64,000 nt of DNA from Klebsormidium nitens (lineage: Eukaryota > Plantae > Klebsormidiophyceae): contig DF237236.1 in the NCBI GenBank assembly GCA_000708835.1, positions 1 to 64,000 on the forward strand. The letters are read 5' to 3'. The first letter of the stretch is position 1. Every line of letters starts with the position of its first letter. The position numbers and the translations under genes were made by a program. The notes under the pieces are model-generated. The model saw only the letters and a list, made by a program, of their open reading frames with translations. It did no database searches and was not told where the DNA came from. Shown here piece after piece: positions 35,813 through 53,700 of this stretch.

Positions 35813-37635
35813 TTAAGCTGCAGCTTCCGAGTTCACCGCTGAGCCCGCGCCGCGTTGGTTCCGTTCCTCACATTTACCATGCCCGCTACCTAAGTTCTTG
35901 ATTGCCCTCTTGACTTGTCCCCGCACTTCCGCACTGGAACTCTCTTTGAGACGAACCAGACCCTCGAAAGCGCCCGGTACCGCCGCAATTGCCTTCTTAC
36001 TCCCTGCACCGAATGCCAGGTTGGCGAGTGCCCTCGCCGCGCGTTCCTGAACTCGCGCCTCTCCGCTTTCCAGAAGCGCCACCAGCCCGCGCAAACACCC
36101 GGGCTCCGCCACAATTCGCGCCTTCAGTTTCGGCCCGTGCGCTAGGTTCCCGAGCGCCCACGCGCCAAACCTCTGCAGGACCGCGCTCTTGCAGCCCAGC
36201 AAGCGCGCGAGCGCCTACAACACCCCCCGCGCGTTTCCCACCCGCTTCCTGTTCTCCGCTTTGCACGTCAGGTTCACGACTGCGCGCGCCGCGCGCGTGC
36301 GCGCGGCCGCCGAGGAGGAGCTGCGCAGGAGAGGAACCAAGCGCGCGACCGCGCCCCGCGCGCGCGCGATGGCCCTGCTGCTGCTCGGCTCGAGCGCCAG
36401 ATTGGCAAGGGCCCTCGTGGCCTCTTCCATCACGGTCCACGTGTATCCGTTTCCCATAAGTTGCACCAAAGCCTTGACACTGCCCCGCACTGCGACTATT
36501 GCTTTCCCGGTCTCTTTGTCAAGAGCCAAGCTCGCGAGCGCGCGCGCGCCTAAGGTCTGCAGTCCACGCTCTTGCCGTTCAGAAATCCAATCAATCTGGC
36601 CAGATGCCCTGGTTTGAAGCTAGCTGCAATCGTGTCCAGAACGCGGGGACCCGATTCTGATCTATTTGTTAGAGTAATCAGTGGCCTCGCGGTCGCATCC
36701 TGCAACTCCACATCCTCAGTCCAGAGAAGCATCGTCAAACTATCCACAACTTGTGGCACAGCCCGAATCCGTTCTTGGGTCTCAGGGTCGTGGTCGTATG
36801 CCACACGCGCGAGCGCCGCGGCCGCCGAGCCCCTCGCGGCCGCGCGCGCGCGCTCGCACGTGAGGAGGCACACCAGCATGTCTATCAGGCCTGGCAGATC
36901 TGGATCGATATCACCGTTCTCAGCCAAAACGCGGACAGCATCTGCAACTGCTACCTGCATGACCTCGTTCTCGCTTGCCAAAAGGCGCACCAGCCACAGA
37001 TGGTGCTCTCGGTTTTCCGAGTCCCTTTCTTTCGCCAGGTCAGAGAGCATCTTGCTGGCGCCAATCCTCTCTGCGACGCTGCTTTTGCTGGTCAGAATGC
37101 GCATCAGCTCGAGAACCGTTGGGACCGTGGCCTTCGGTAGCTTGGCATCCACCATCTCCGCAATTTTGCTATTGCAGTTCTGCAACAGAGTAAAGTCGAC
37201 TATAAGATGCTGGCTTGCTTCTCGAAGCAGCGCTTGCGCGGCAATAACGTCCTTTGAACAAACCGTCCCAGCCAAGTAATAGCGGGCCAGTTCTTCCATG
37301 CCGTTGGCGCTTCCCGCTACCGCACTGACCCTGAAAAACTCAAGGGCACTTGCGTCTTCCCCTCTTCCGCGTGCTTGCACTCCTTTGCTGAAGAACTCAT
37401 ACGCAGTGCTCTGCAAGTGCTCATGCTCGAAGTCCCTCTCGGTGCAGTCCTCCTTGTTGAACAAACCAATCATGCGGAGGCGCTTCGCTCTTTGCTCCTC
37501 TTCTTGCAAGCGCTCTGCTTCATTGTCGGAGTTGCCTTCAAGATCCCTGGGGTGGCGTTGACTCGGATCAGAAGTTAGCGTAGGGGACCCTTCTAACGTA
37601 GGGGACCGCAGAGACGAAAACCAGGAGAGCACCAT
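35813..37635 (-). pseudogene. Intronless SEL1-like plus armadillo-repeat gene disrupted by a frameshift and a nonsense codon
   Basis: A SEL1-like motif (GSANGMEELARYYLAGTVCSKDVIAAQALLREAS) is followed by serial ARM repeats. The frame changes near 36563, where restoring 1 nt gives KSVxLQTLGARALASLA. An in-frame TAG at 36217-36215 interrupts GVL*ALARLL. Confidence 0.75.
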
Positions 37636-38747
37636 GGCTGCGTCTTTCTGGTGCGCCAGATTCTGCTCAAAAGACTTGCTAAAGACGGCCAGGCAGCCTC
37701 CAACAAACACAACGTCCGGTCCGGGCGACCTCGCAAATTGCAACTCTGTAGAAAGACATGGTACGTACGGTCGCGGTCTTGCGCGCGGCTGCGACCAATT
37801 AGACTTGGCGGCCGCCACACGCGGTGACACCAAAGAGGACGTCCGCGGACGTCACATAAACCCTGAGCGCCACTTCGATCGTCTTGATCATCAAGAGCAC
37901 TTGCTCAGCCTGTTCTCGCGCGTACAGCCTACTCAGCAGCGTCAGTAAAGCCCCGAGAGCGCGCAACATTGTCATCTCATTGTCTAGCCCGCCGCCAGTG
38001 ACCTAGCCTTGCGCGGTGGCTTTCGAGTACTGAAGCCGGAAAACTTGTCAATCTTCTCCGCGAACTTCGATGTTAGCTGGCCCTTCCGTCTTTCAATTCA
38101 AGGACGTGCCCAAGCCTAAGGATACTTAGTCCGGGCGGTCGCTCCTGGACCTTTGCAGTAGAAGGCCACTGCGCAGGTTAGACGCCTTGATTGGATAGTT
38201 GGGCTGAATTTCTGACTTTTCGAATGCAGATAATATTACACTAATATTCGGATTCGTTACCTTGGACTACGGGCCATGGTATTCAGCTACAAAAAAGACA
38301 TCCACGAAGAAGGCTCTATAGCATCATATGGAATATACATGGCATGTGTGCAAGCGCGTCGAATGAATGTACACACACCGCAAGCTTGAGTGCATGTACG
38401 CGGGCGGCTTGTATGTTTCAAAGTTATTCCGTCGCTCCTCATGCTGTGCATGCCCCGTTCAAATTTTAAAATTGCATGCTCGACAAAATCATGGTGATGG
38501 CGACTAAGTTCGTTGATCAGAACTTGAAATCATACAAATTTGCAAATACACATTCACATCGAAGTGACATTAAGATCAATCCAATGCATTGATGCATGTC
38601 ATAATCAACTGCAATTTCAAAAGCATCATACATGAACCTCACAACCTTTCTCGCAAATTAAGTGCGTTACACCCACTCCCGCACCACATTGTGACAGTTC
38701 CAGCCTTGTGACTTTCAGACCAAGTTTTGCAGTGACACAGCCAAATG

Positions 38748-39640
38748 TCAATCGCTTTCTCTGACATCGAAGCCGCTAAAAGGCTCAATCTTATACCTCC
38801 TACCACCCACCAGTGCAATCTCGTAGCTTCCATACGCACACAGGAAGTAAGCACCCCCAACAAGAGGGGCCAGCGAGCCGTCGCGTGACTTCAGCGTCAC
38901 CCCCCCAGGTGACACCACCGACTGCTGGCACTCGTTGCGGAATGTCAGCATCATCACCTCCGGATTTCCGTTGGGATCGATGGTGGCGATGAGGTTCGGG
39001 GACAGCTCTAGCTCCAGCTTCCCAAACGTTCCGAACCTGATAGCAGGCCCTGAAACGAAGCAGAACTTTAAGCTGAGCACAGGTAGAGCTGAGCGAAGCC
39101 CGTGGCATCATAAGTACAATAGGTCCGATCAGGAGCTGAAGCTTGAGCTGACAGAGTCCTTGATACCTTGAGTCCAATCACGAAGCAGAAGCTTGAGCTG
39201 ACCAAGTAAGTTCCCCTCACTCACACAAGCTAGCAACGTGGCAAACCTACACACTTATGCAACCAGGCTGTGTAACGGCATGCACCTGTGTCGGCGGTCT
39301 CCCCCTCCAGCTCTTTCCCGTCAGCAGGCGCACGCGGAGTCGTGTCCGTGGCAGCTGTGGAAGGGAAGGACAAAATCACTGCTTTCGGACACACATGCAG
39401 CTCAAGACAGAAGAAAAACTGCATCAGAAACTATCTTTGATCAGAATGGCTCAGGTGCAGATTAGAAAGGTCAAGCAGCAACCATTCCTGTCAAGGCCAA
39501 AGACTCGGCAGGCAGCAAACAGCTCCGTCTTGAGTATTGGACCCACGAAGCTTCCAAAATATCAAACGAAGGCGCGCGGTCCCAGAGTTTGATCACTTGC
39601 CTCTGCCTACGTCGGAACCGCGGCGAGGGGCTCTTGGCAT
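38748..39640 (-). CDS. Hypothetical 136-aa orphan protein (3 exons, first intron GC-AG)
   Basis: Exons 39640-39601 (donor gcaagt), 39354-39286 (donor gtgcat) and 39049-38748 all join in phase 1 into one open frame ending ...FDVRESD*. I recognise no family. Confidence 0.45.
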
Positions 39641-41127
39641 GGTTGCTGTTGCCGTTTTGCTCGATCTGCAAAGGCCGGAACATGTCAGCGCTCCTGGTCT
39701 GATACTTGAACTGAAGTCAAAACAAAACGTTGGGGAGGGACAGAGAAACTGGTTTTTATAAAGCAGAGTTTCACGACTGCCGAAACAACTGGTGCTTCTC
39801 TGGTGCAAATGTGCAAATGTCTCTTGTGTGTGCGGCAGGCAACCTGGGTCAACATGAGCAGGTTGCAAACCACCCAGCTTATCCATTGACGAAAATGTGT
39901 TCTTCTAAGAAAGCATCGAAAAGTGCCGACTAAAGATTCTGATATTGTATTTACTTTCTCCAATCCACCAGGGTCCAGATCCAAGACTGGCTATGTGTGA
40001 AAGCCTAGCGCTCCTAAGATCATGAGAAGTGACCAAACAACTGCAGAACGAAAAAGCGGTGGCGAAGGTGAGTTGCCCTTGTGTACTTTGGTCTGACCTA
40101 TTTGAGGGCTTCTATGGACAAAACAGAGTTGACTGCTTCCAGGTACGGTCTGCCAGGCATGGACTGCCCTTACCTGTTTGCAAACCTGGACAAACCTCAG
40201 AACAACAAAGTGACTCTCAAGGTTCCTCGATGCTGTAAAATCTGCTAAACTTGATCCTGATACCAGGTCGCAGACTTCAGGCACAACCACTACAAATCGT
40301 GCTACTATATTCGAGAATGTCTCAGTGCAAGAAAGCCAGCCTAATAGAGCGCTTTTACCGTAGATCTGACATGTGGTAGATAAGTACTAAGCAGAACCAG
40401 ATGATCAGCCTGAGAGAGACTGCCCTTGCCACAGGATGTGCGCTGTGCAGCACCTGACTGTGCCTGACTCTTTTCTTACCACACGACCCTGCAAATGGAA
40501 GGGTTGTCTGCCCTCTGAAGTCCCAAGACCTCCCAGCCCCACAAACTGCCTCCCCCGGTGCCACCACTACCCTAACAGGCGTAAGAGTGATGTCTCTGCT
40601 ATGTAATCCGACTGCGAGACATCCTGAAATTTCTGGCAAAGTAGTGGAATAATTGAAAACGGCTGTGACTCAAAGCCGTTCTCCAACTGCGTCCCTGAAG
40701 CGGGTTCCTCCTGGTTCCTACTACAAGTGTGAACAAGCAAGCAATGCAAGCGGATGTGAACTAAGGAAGCTCATGCTAGTGCTTGAGTGCATGCTGACAT
40801 CCGTCGGTGGATCAGGGCGCTCATCAGGCGACGCCTTGACGACGTTAGGCTGCTGTACGAGGCCTTCTGGTGATCGGCGGCACTAGCGAATCCCTAGCGA
40901 ATCAGATTATATTGCAAGACAAGGCATCACAGTGTGCGGACGTCAATCCTACTGTCAGCGGCCGCACTTCATGATGAAGTCTAAGCACGGCTGCGCCTGA
41001 TGTTCCGAAGACGACTCCTGAGAAGTGCTTACGATGAAAAGCAGCTCCTTGCATCATCAACGTCTGATCATCTCCAAAACCTTCCGTTCGTCGGCGTCCC
41101 GTCGGCGTTGGCGGCCGCATTGGCTGT

Positions 41128-41135
41128 TAGGGTTT
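41128..41135 (-). promoter_or_regulatory. Possible telo-box in the GC-rich region upstream of MDAR
   Basis: tagggttt (AAACCCTA on the reverse strand) lies about 490 bp upstream of the ATG in a CpG-rich tract. It is a single short motif, so it could be chance. Confidence 0.25.
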
Positions 41136-41604
41136 TGCCGCGCCGCAGACGCCGGCCTCCGCGCGTGTAAGGCTAAGACGTACTGCATGGCCCGCGCGCG
41201 TACCGTGACACTGATCGCGGACGTGGGAGTTGACGTCCGGCCGGGCGCGCCGCCCTTCAGTGCATGCCGTCTCGCGGCCGCCCCTTGTGGTCAAGCGCAG
41301 AAAGTTGCTGTCAATGCTGATTCCTGCGCTGGCTTTTTCTAGGATAGCTGCCTGCTAATACAAGAGAAGGCGTGCTGATGGTTAACATCAAGCTTGCTTG
41401 CTCAAGCTATCCTGAAAACCCAAGGCAACGAGGAGCAGGGCATATGCAAGGAGCCTTGCAGCAGCAGACCCTTAGGCATGAGAAGGTGGTATTTCTCAGA
41501 AAGTATCTTCAAGTTCTAGATGTTTGATTAGTGGCAAAGCTAGCTGATTGAGAATTGCCATGAAAGGACAAAATCTTGCAACATTCAAATTGACATAGAG
41601 TTGA

Positions 41605-46236
<4,632 letters not shown>

Positions 46237-46510
46237 TGGCGTGGCTAAGATGCGCAAGAACGCACTATTGTACATAATATTGCTAACAACCTTATAGCAG
46301 AGGCAGTAGCCGGTACCATAGAGTTCTTGGAGGCTACTGATTATGCTAAACTTCGGCCGGCGCTGGATTAAGGGGAGGGAGTCGGTGAAGCTTGTACTTG
46401 ATTCGATTAAAGGACGTACGAGGATCAAAATCAAAGTTAAAATCACAGAGCTCTGCCAATGTCGACTATATCTGTATATGGTTATAAGGTTCTGGATAGC
46501 GAGGTACGGG

Positions 46511-46556
46511 TCACTTAGATACTAGTCACGAACTCACTTAGATACTAGTCACGAAC
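46511..46556. repeat. Perfect 23-bp tandem duplication
   Basis: tcacttagatactagtcacgaac occurs twice back to back, downstream of the MDAR stop codon. Confidence 0.9.
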
Positions 46557-47738
46557 TCGTACAACACTGAATGCACGAGAGAGACACGGAGTATTTGTAT
46601 CGTACTCGATCTGAGACCAAACACGCAGGGACGCCCGATCCTGCTGGCCCGTTGACATACTCCGACGCAGTCACTTCTCTGTAGCAGCCTTCTTTGTACG
46701 ATTGATGCCGTTGCAACGATCGGGCGAATCGGGGCAGTTTCTGCACATTGCCACACTCGGTATGCTACTACGACATTTGCAACCCTTACAAATCAGTGGT
46801 CGATCAATGTTACGTTTGAAGAGGGCATGTTTTGAATCATGGATAGCCAACCTAGAGCTTCGAGATGCGCAAGGTGTATGTTTTTCTCCACAGTGTTTGT
46901 GTACAGTTATCATGTTTCTGATTCCATGCATTTACTAGCGTGCATTTGTACCATACATATTACGTGATACATCTGGGAGTAGGATTATATTTCTGGTTTT
47001 GATCTAATCGTAACGATTCCAAGTTAAGTAGGACGGTTGGAGCGGCAATATTTGCGCGGAACATAAACAACTCCTGGGTTCTAATTCATTTCATTTCACA
47101 AATGTCGCAGGTAAGATAGCTGGATCGTGCATTATACTCGATCGGGGTTTACTTCACACTTAATCCAAAAAATCTGCATGAATTGCGTGAGATTTGAGCT
47201 TGCAGATTATTTTCGGAGCGATGCGTGCAAGGTCGAACTTTCTCTCAAAGTCGGAACTTTCTCTCAACCTCTTTGCGTACCCTGTTTTGCTTGTAATCAA
47301 TTCTTACTTTCATTAGACCATCTAAAACACTTTTTTGTTTTAGGGAAGTTCCCAAAATCGAGGCATGCAGAGAATTGTTTTGCTAAAAATTCTCGATTTT
47401 CTTTCGATCAGCCCCCTCTTACACTTAAGAATATACTACATCTAACTCTGAGCTTGACATCAGTCCCCACTTTGGAAGTCTCTCTAAGCCGTCTGCACGG
47501 CTCGCTCTATAATTTCCACGTAGCCCCTCACTTTTACAAACCACCATCAATTGGCGAAGACGTACACCCCAATGACGATTTCGCCCTTGGGCGTCACGTT
47601 TTAAACTTTAGCCCTTTTTCTCACCGACCATTCCCTACGGCCATAACGCCGCTTTTCGAATCTCTTACAACCAATCTGGATTTGAGTGTTCTGTGTCCCC
47701 GAACAGTCAAATTCAGCCAATCTCCACCGTCGATTTCT

Positions 47739-50700
47739 CTACGCCGTCATCGTGTACGGCTCGTCGCTCTTCTTCTTCTCCGGCAGTATCGCCTGGAGCC
47801 CCTCCTCCATTTCCGGGTCGATCTTTCCGAACAGCGCAATCGCGCGCTTCTGGATAAATTCCTGCGCGCCCTGCAGGTGCCCCGCGATATTGGACAGCGT
47901 CTGCTCCTGGTCCTCCTTCGACATCGTCTTCCACAGCATCTGCGGCTGGTCCCAGTCGTTCTGCACAGGGACAAAAGTGGATGACGTCAGCATAGGGGCC
48001 TACTTCTGATCGTCCTTCGACATCGTCTTCCACAGCATTTGCGGCTGGTTCCAGTAGTTCTGCACAGGGTGTTTTTGCTGACGTCAGCTTTGAGCAGAGC
48101 AAAGGGAAAACCCAATATGCGTCAATCCTCGATCATCAATGACATCGTCATCCACAGCGCCTGCCAGTGCGGCTGGTCTTAGTCGTTCTGCGGGGGGACT
48201 CGCTGACGTCAGCATGTTGTAAACAAGATAATTACGGCCAATTTTGCTGGCAGAAGACACAACCATCGCAAAACAAGGTGGACGTTTGCTGTCACTAGAT
48301 CGTTGTCGATATGGAAAGATCTATCGAGGGGGTATACTTGTCCCATTCAAGATCACGCGCGCCGATGTTCCTCATATGGTTCGTGCACAAGGGTTTGTAG
48401 ATGCATACTATACCGATATTGTCGGTCAAACCACCAACCTCCATCTGCTACGATAAGCCTCGTTCGCAGGTAAGATTTCGAAATTAAAGCTTTAATAGCG
48501 CTTTCTTTCTCACCTGGTCAACCCACTTCTTGTTAGGGTACCGACCGGCCAGACCACCTTCCACCGGGAAGGGCTCGGGGTTGGCTTGTGCGGGATCGGG
48601 CCTCGGGGCGTTGGGCCAGAGCTCCCGGCTGTTGGGGTAATAGTTGGGGCCGGAACCGCCGTTATCGCCCACTTGCATGAAACCGTCGCTCTGCAACGGA
48701 GATTATTAAGTGTTAAAATTTGAGCAGATTTGAGGAACAGTTTCCTCTTCTCGGCAAGAGACCTTCATTCTGCTCGTATCAATCTACGCAGTTGGAACCA
48801 AGATTGGGTGATACTGGGGCCCGAAAAGTCGATACCACCTCTTCGCAAGAAGCCGCCGTTCAGCGAAAGGTGGACGGATGTCGTATCAGAAGTAAGTTAA
48901 TCAGCGAGGTGAGCGGAACCCCTGAAAATGTCAGATTTCACGCCTCTTGCGCACGTCGCCTTTCTTGTCCAAAAATGGCAGGTCTGTTTTTGTGACCTTC
49001 AGACATTTACTTGGTGTATTCGCCGTTTCAACCTTCTGGATCCCAAGGCGAAGTCAAAGATTGGTTTCCCTCTTCCTCTCAGGCGCACGTTGATGCTTAT
49101 CCCAAGTCTGAAACTCAAGTGTTATGTCGTGACGGGATACTCGCATGATATCCCCACTCAACGAAAGCAAAGGGCTGGCCTGCAAAGTATGGAGTCCAGA
49201 AATCATCGTGTGGCATTCACCTGATACGTCTGCGCCTTCGCGAAGGGGCAACGGTTGATGGGCAGCAGCAGGTAATTTGGACCCAGCCTATGTCGGGCCG
49301 TATCGTCGTAACTAAACAGACGCGCCTGGCAAAGAACAGAAGGAGGGTAATGTCAGGACACATTATGCAGGAACGTATTCGTTTTTGAGACGAGGGACGC
49401 GAGTAAGAAATTTTTGATTTTGATGTCCACCACCAGCCCTCACTTGCACCCGTTAAGTCGAAGCACACCTCGATCGTCAAACCCAGCGATGTCGAACAGA
49501 TGAACCCAACGTTCATTGTCATGATTGCCAAACCCTATCTGCACACTGAGACGGGAAAACCTCAATGTCCGGGGGCAGATGCGGGGAGAACCATGCATAT
49601 TCTGAAAAGCCAGAAGTGGCAGCCCGCAGACCCCCTATTTTTGCATCCAACAAAGCCAAAACTTTTCAACCCTACCTGCAGCATTCGGTCGGGGGACGCC
49701 TCAATGCCCGGGGGCATGTGCGCCGGGGAGTAGGCCGCCTGCTCAATCTCGTTAAAATAGTTGGTCGGGTTACGGTCCAGCGTAAACCGACCCACTTCCC
49801 GCAACGGGAACTCCTTGTGCGGCCAGACCTTGGTCAAGTCGAAGGGATCCCACTTGAAAGTCTCCGCCTGTTCCAGACTCATTACCTGTAGAGAGAAAAG
49901 GTTTCATTATGTCCAAAGTGTTTTTGACAGCTTGAAATTGTGCGCTTGGATTCAAGCTGTTTACGAACAGAGAACGGACTAATTTTTTTTTGAATCAGTC
50001 CACGGGAGTTGAGTAGGGAAAAGAATCCCGGTTGAATCTCCAGGCCCACGACGTGCAATCGTCGGCAATCAGATTATCCAATCGAGAAACAGCGCGATCC
50101 TATTTGGAATATAGGAGAAGCGCAAGCGGAGAGCATTCCGAGGGGTCCAACCAACCCAATTTGAACCCGGTTGTTGAACCTGGCAAAGCCTTCCGAAGTT
50201 GATATCCATCTCATTGAACGGCTTTTGCCAATGGGCGTCAGCTCTTGTATTGCTATCTTCAAGTCTTGCGTGTGCCCAACTTCCCAGTAGCATCCAACTG
50301 GAAGAGGTACCTCATCCAGACTCCTCCTTCAACTCCGAGGCTGAAGAAACCCTTGGTCAGGTAAGATTCGAACATCTCAAGTATTGCAAGCAGTGTTCTC
50401 GAAGAAGAATATCTACGCTTAACAAACGTCATTGGCAATCGCTTCCAATAAACTTACCTGGACAAAGAAGGTCCAGGACGGGAAATCGCCAGCCTCGATG
50501 GAGTTGTACAAATCCTTCTTAGCGTAGTCGGGGTCAATTCCGGCCAGCTTGACACCCTCCTCGTGCGTCAGGTTCTTGATGCCCTGTTGGTGAAACGATG
50601 GTGTCAAAGACACCGAGAGTCAATCGTGATACCAACCCAAAGGAAAAACTATGATCGAACCATCGTTGGAAGGATTGCATCACGAGATTGACCCGATATC

Positions 50701-53700
50701 GATCTAGCAGCAAAGTCCGTTTAGCTATTCTTGCTAACAAGATTGTTTGCTGTGACAAGTACGTCGAAGGAGCATCTGATTGTAGATCTTTAGTGTAACG
50801 GTCGACTGAAGCAACCGCAAAGAAGGCCAGTATAACTACTCATGAACGAAAGATGGAACGCTTCGATGTGACCCTCATGACCTCAATCGGACTGACGGAT
50901 GTCAATACAAGTCGCTTACCTGGTCAGTCTTGAAATGGAACTTGACCCAGTTCGCCTGACCCTCCTTGTTAACCCACTTGAACGTGTGGCTGCCGTACCC
51001 GTTCATGTGGCGGTAACCGTCAGGCACACCGCGGGGGCTGAAGAGAATGAGAACCTGCGGAATTGGCAATCTCGTTTTCATGAGAACATGGAACCGTTGG
51101 GCAGATTGTTGGGTATAATATTTAGGATGGGGTTATTCTGAGGCCCTGCAGAATGGACGAGTTTATACTTATCAGAACACGGAACCTTCGGCGAATTTCT
51201 GGCGAATTTCTGATCAGAACATTTAAATAGAGTTGTAAAAAGGACAAGTCTTTTGAGAAGAGAACCTGCAAAACGACGGACTTGTTTGCAACGAATGAAA
51301 AAGTTGGCGACCTAGCATCTCTCCCATAGGTTTGTTTGAAACGGGGGGTGTGAGCAGTTCAAGGAAATGGGTCTGCACAACGTATCCGATTCACATGTGA
51401 GAAAAGAGGCGATTCCATGATTGAGCACGGAACATGTAAATCCAAGAATGAGGTGATGGCAATGTCACGACAGAAAGCTTGGCCGCAGATGCACTCTTAC
51501 CATGGTACTCGTTTGGTGCCGCTCAACTAAACCCTTATCAAATTCATCAAAGCTTGGACAACGACGTCTTAGCTTTGACACAGCACAAAAAATCTCACCA
51601 GAGACCCAAAGCAGTGCTACCCACCTGGTGGAAGGACTCCGGTGTGAGCGTGAGAAAGTCCCAGAAGACGTCCGGGTCCTTGACGTGCTTGGACGGGTGG
51701 CGCTTCTGTGTGTGGATGAAGTCGGGAAACTTGATGGGGTCGCGCATGAAGAAGATGGGCGTGTTGTTGCCCACCTGGAGAGAGACACGTATAAGAGTCT
51801 GAGAGGACACTATAGACCCTAGGATTGAAGACATGCCGGATAAACGAAGCGAATTACGTAGGTCTACCGTGCCACGATAGGATGGGAAGAACAAACTGTG
51901 GTATTTGTGGTTAGAGGAAAAGATGATACGGTCGAGCATGAAGAAGATGGGCATTTGTTGCCGACCTGGAGAGGGCATTCTCAGGCCACGTGTCAAAAGC
52001 TGTTTGGATAGATTCTATGAGAACAACTCTATGAGTTCATGTGGGGGAAAAGATGGGCGGGTTGTTGCCCCAAAGATGGGCGGGTTGTTGCCCCACCTAA
52101 GATGACGAGTCACAGATACGCATCCAAATCTGATTGCGTAGCTCTTAAAAACCGTGTTCAGGCACCAATCACAAAGCTCTCTGGAAAGAAATATCTGACA
52201 CTTCTTTGTGTTGCTTATAAACACGACGTCAGGTGCTGATAGCAATATCTTGTAATTTGAAAAATGCATTAGAACCATTTTAACGCTGTTGGGCTACTAA
52301 CGAGGACTTGGTACACGGGATTCTGACGACAGCAACATGGATACTGCTGACCATTCAGGTTCAAAAAGCCTTTGGGCTACACAACACTGAGTCGAACCCG
52401 CAGTATTTTCCACCAAAGGCAACGGCCTAGAGCCACTGTCACACGCGCTCACAACCGCAAGCGGAATTTCGAAGGTTTAAAAGTCACCATATCCCAGATG
52501 CCCTCCTCAGTGTAGAACTTGACGGAGAAACCACGTGGGTCACGCACAGTGTCCGCAGACCCGGACTCCAGCCCAACTGTGGAGAAGCGCGACAGCACGG
52601 GGATCCGCTTGCCGACCTCGCTTAAGAAAGCGGCCTTGCACAGGTCACTTACGTCCTGGAAAGAGAGGGGAAAGGTGGTCAATGATCGAATTTGCCCCTT
52701 GCCTAATCAGTTTCTGTCTGTGTCGCAGAATATGTCCCGCTTCTCAAATTGTCTTTGGACACGGATGAGTGACGACTGATTGAGCGTTGTTGTCGACAAC
52801 TGGCTTTACCAACTATTTTCTTTTGCACGTCCATGTATCCATGTCATTGAGAGCTTGTCCGAGGACAACAAACTAGATAGCCACCTCTTATGGCTCTCAC
52901 TTTCATGTGTTCTTTAATGTGCTCTGTATGAACTTTCTTCAAGGTCCAAGTCTCTTATTCACAGTGGACAAATTGCTTTTATTTTTCTCAGCCAAGAGCT
53001 TGTTGATCACAAAGTCCAAGGAAAGCAGATCAAGGACCTAGATCCACAGCTTGGAAGAACAGTACAAGCAACGATAACCGGATACAGGCAATCGCAAAAC
53101 ACCTAGCGTTAGGTCTCCTCGACGAAAAGCTGAGATACTCCAAAGAGAAAGGGAATCATTGAAGTAGAGACGGATGAAAGCAATACCAGAAAAGTCAAGC
53201 GCACCTGTGTGACTTCGAAGTAACCGTGGGCGCCAGATCCGTTTGCGTGGACAACGCGCTCCGGGATGCGCTCCCTATCGAAATGCGCAAGCTTGTCCAG
53301 CAAATGGAAGTCCTCCAGCAGTAGCTGACCGCGGCCCCCGATCGACACACTGCAACCAGCGAGAGAAGCAGCAATCAGTGTCTGATGACGTGCAGAACTG
53401 TTTTCTTCCATTACAACTCTTTTTCACGGATAGCTGACTACGCCCCAGACTGCTACACTGCAAGCACTGCGAGGAGCCAACAATGAGCCAAACTGCAAAA
53501 GCGGGGGGGAGGGGGGTGTGGAAGGGAGCTGGCGACAAGCTGGGAGATCTTTCTGGCCTGAGAGGATCTGCGATGAGCTGCTCGTGATGATTCAACCGAA
53601 CCTGGTTGACCATTGTGTGCTCTTTGTTCTTCTACAATCTCTGCACACCATTAAGTACAGGGTAACCTAGATTTATAAGTCAACTCTGTCCCAACTCAAT

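Noticed and set aside
36572-37279. 235-aa plus-strand ORF and other overlapping ORFs in 35900-36600
   Set aside because: GC-rich antisense shadows of the ARM-repeat gene.
39138-39202. 15-bp direct repeat gaagcttgagctgac, 50 bp apart
   Set aside because: Short intronic duplication not covering a splice junction; not counted as an echo.
47127-47984. 285-aa plus-strand ORF
   Set aside because: Runs antisense across the catalase last exon and 3' region; the composition is not protein-like.
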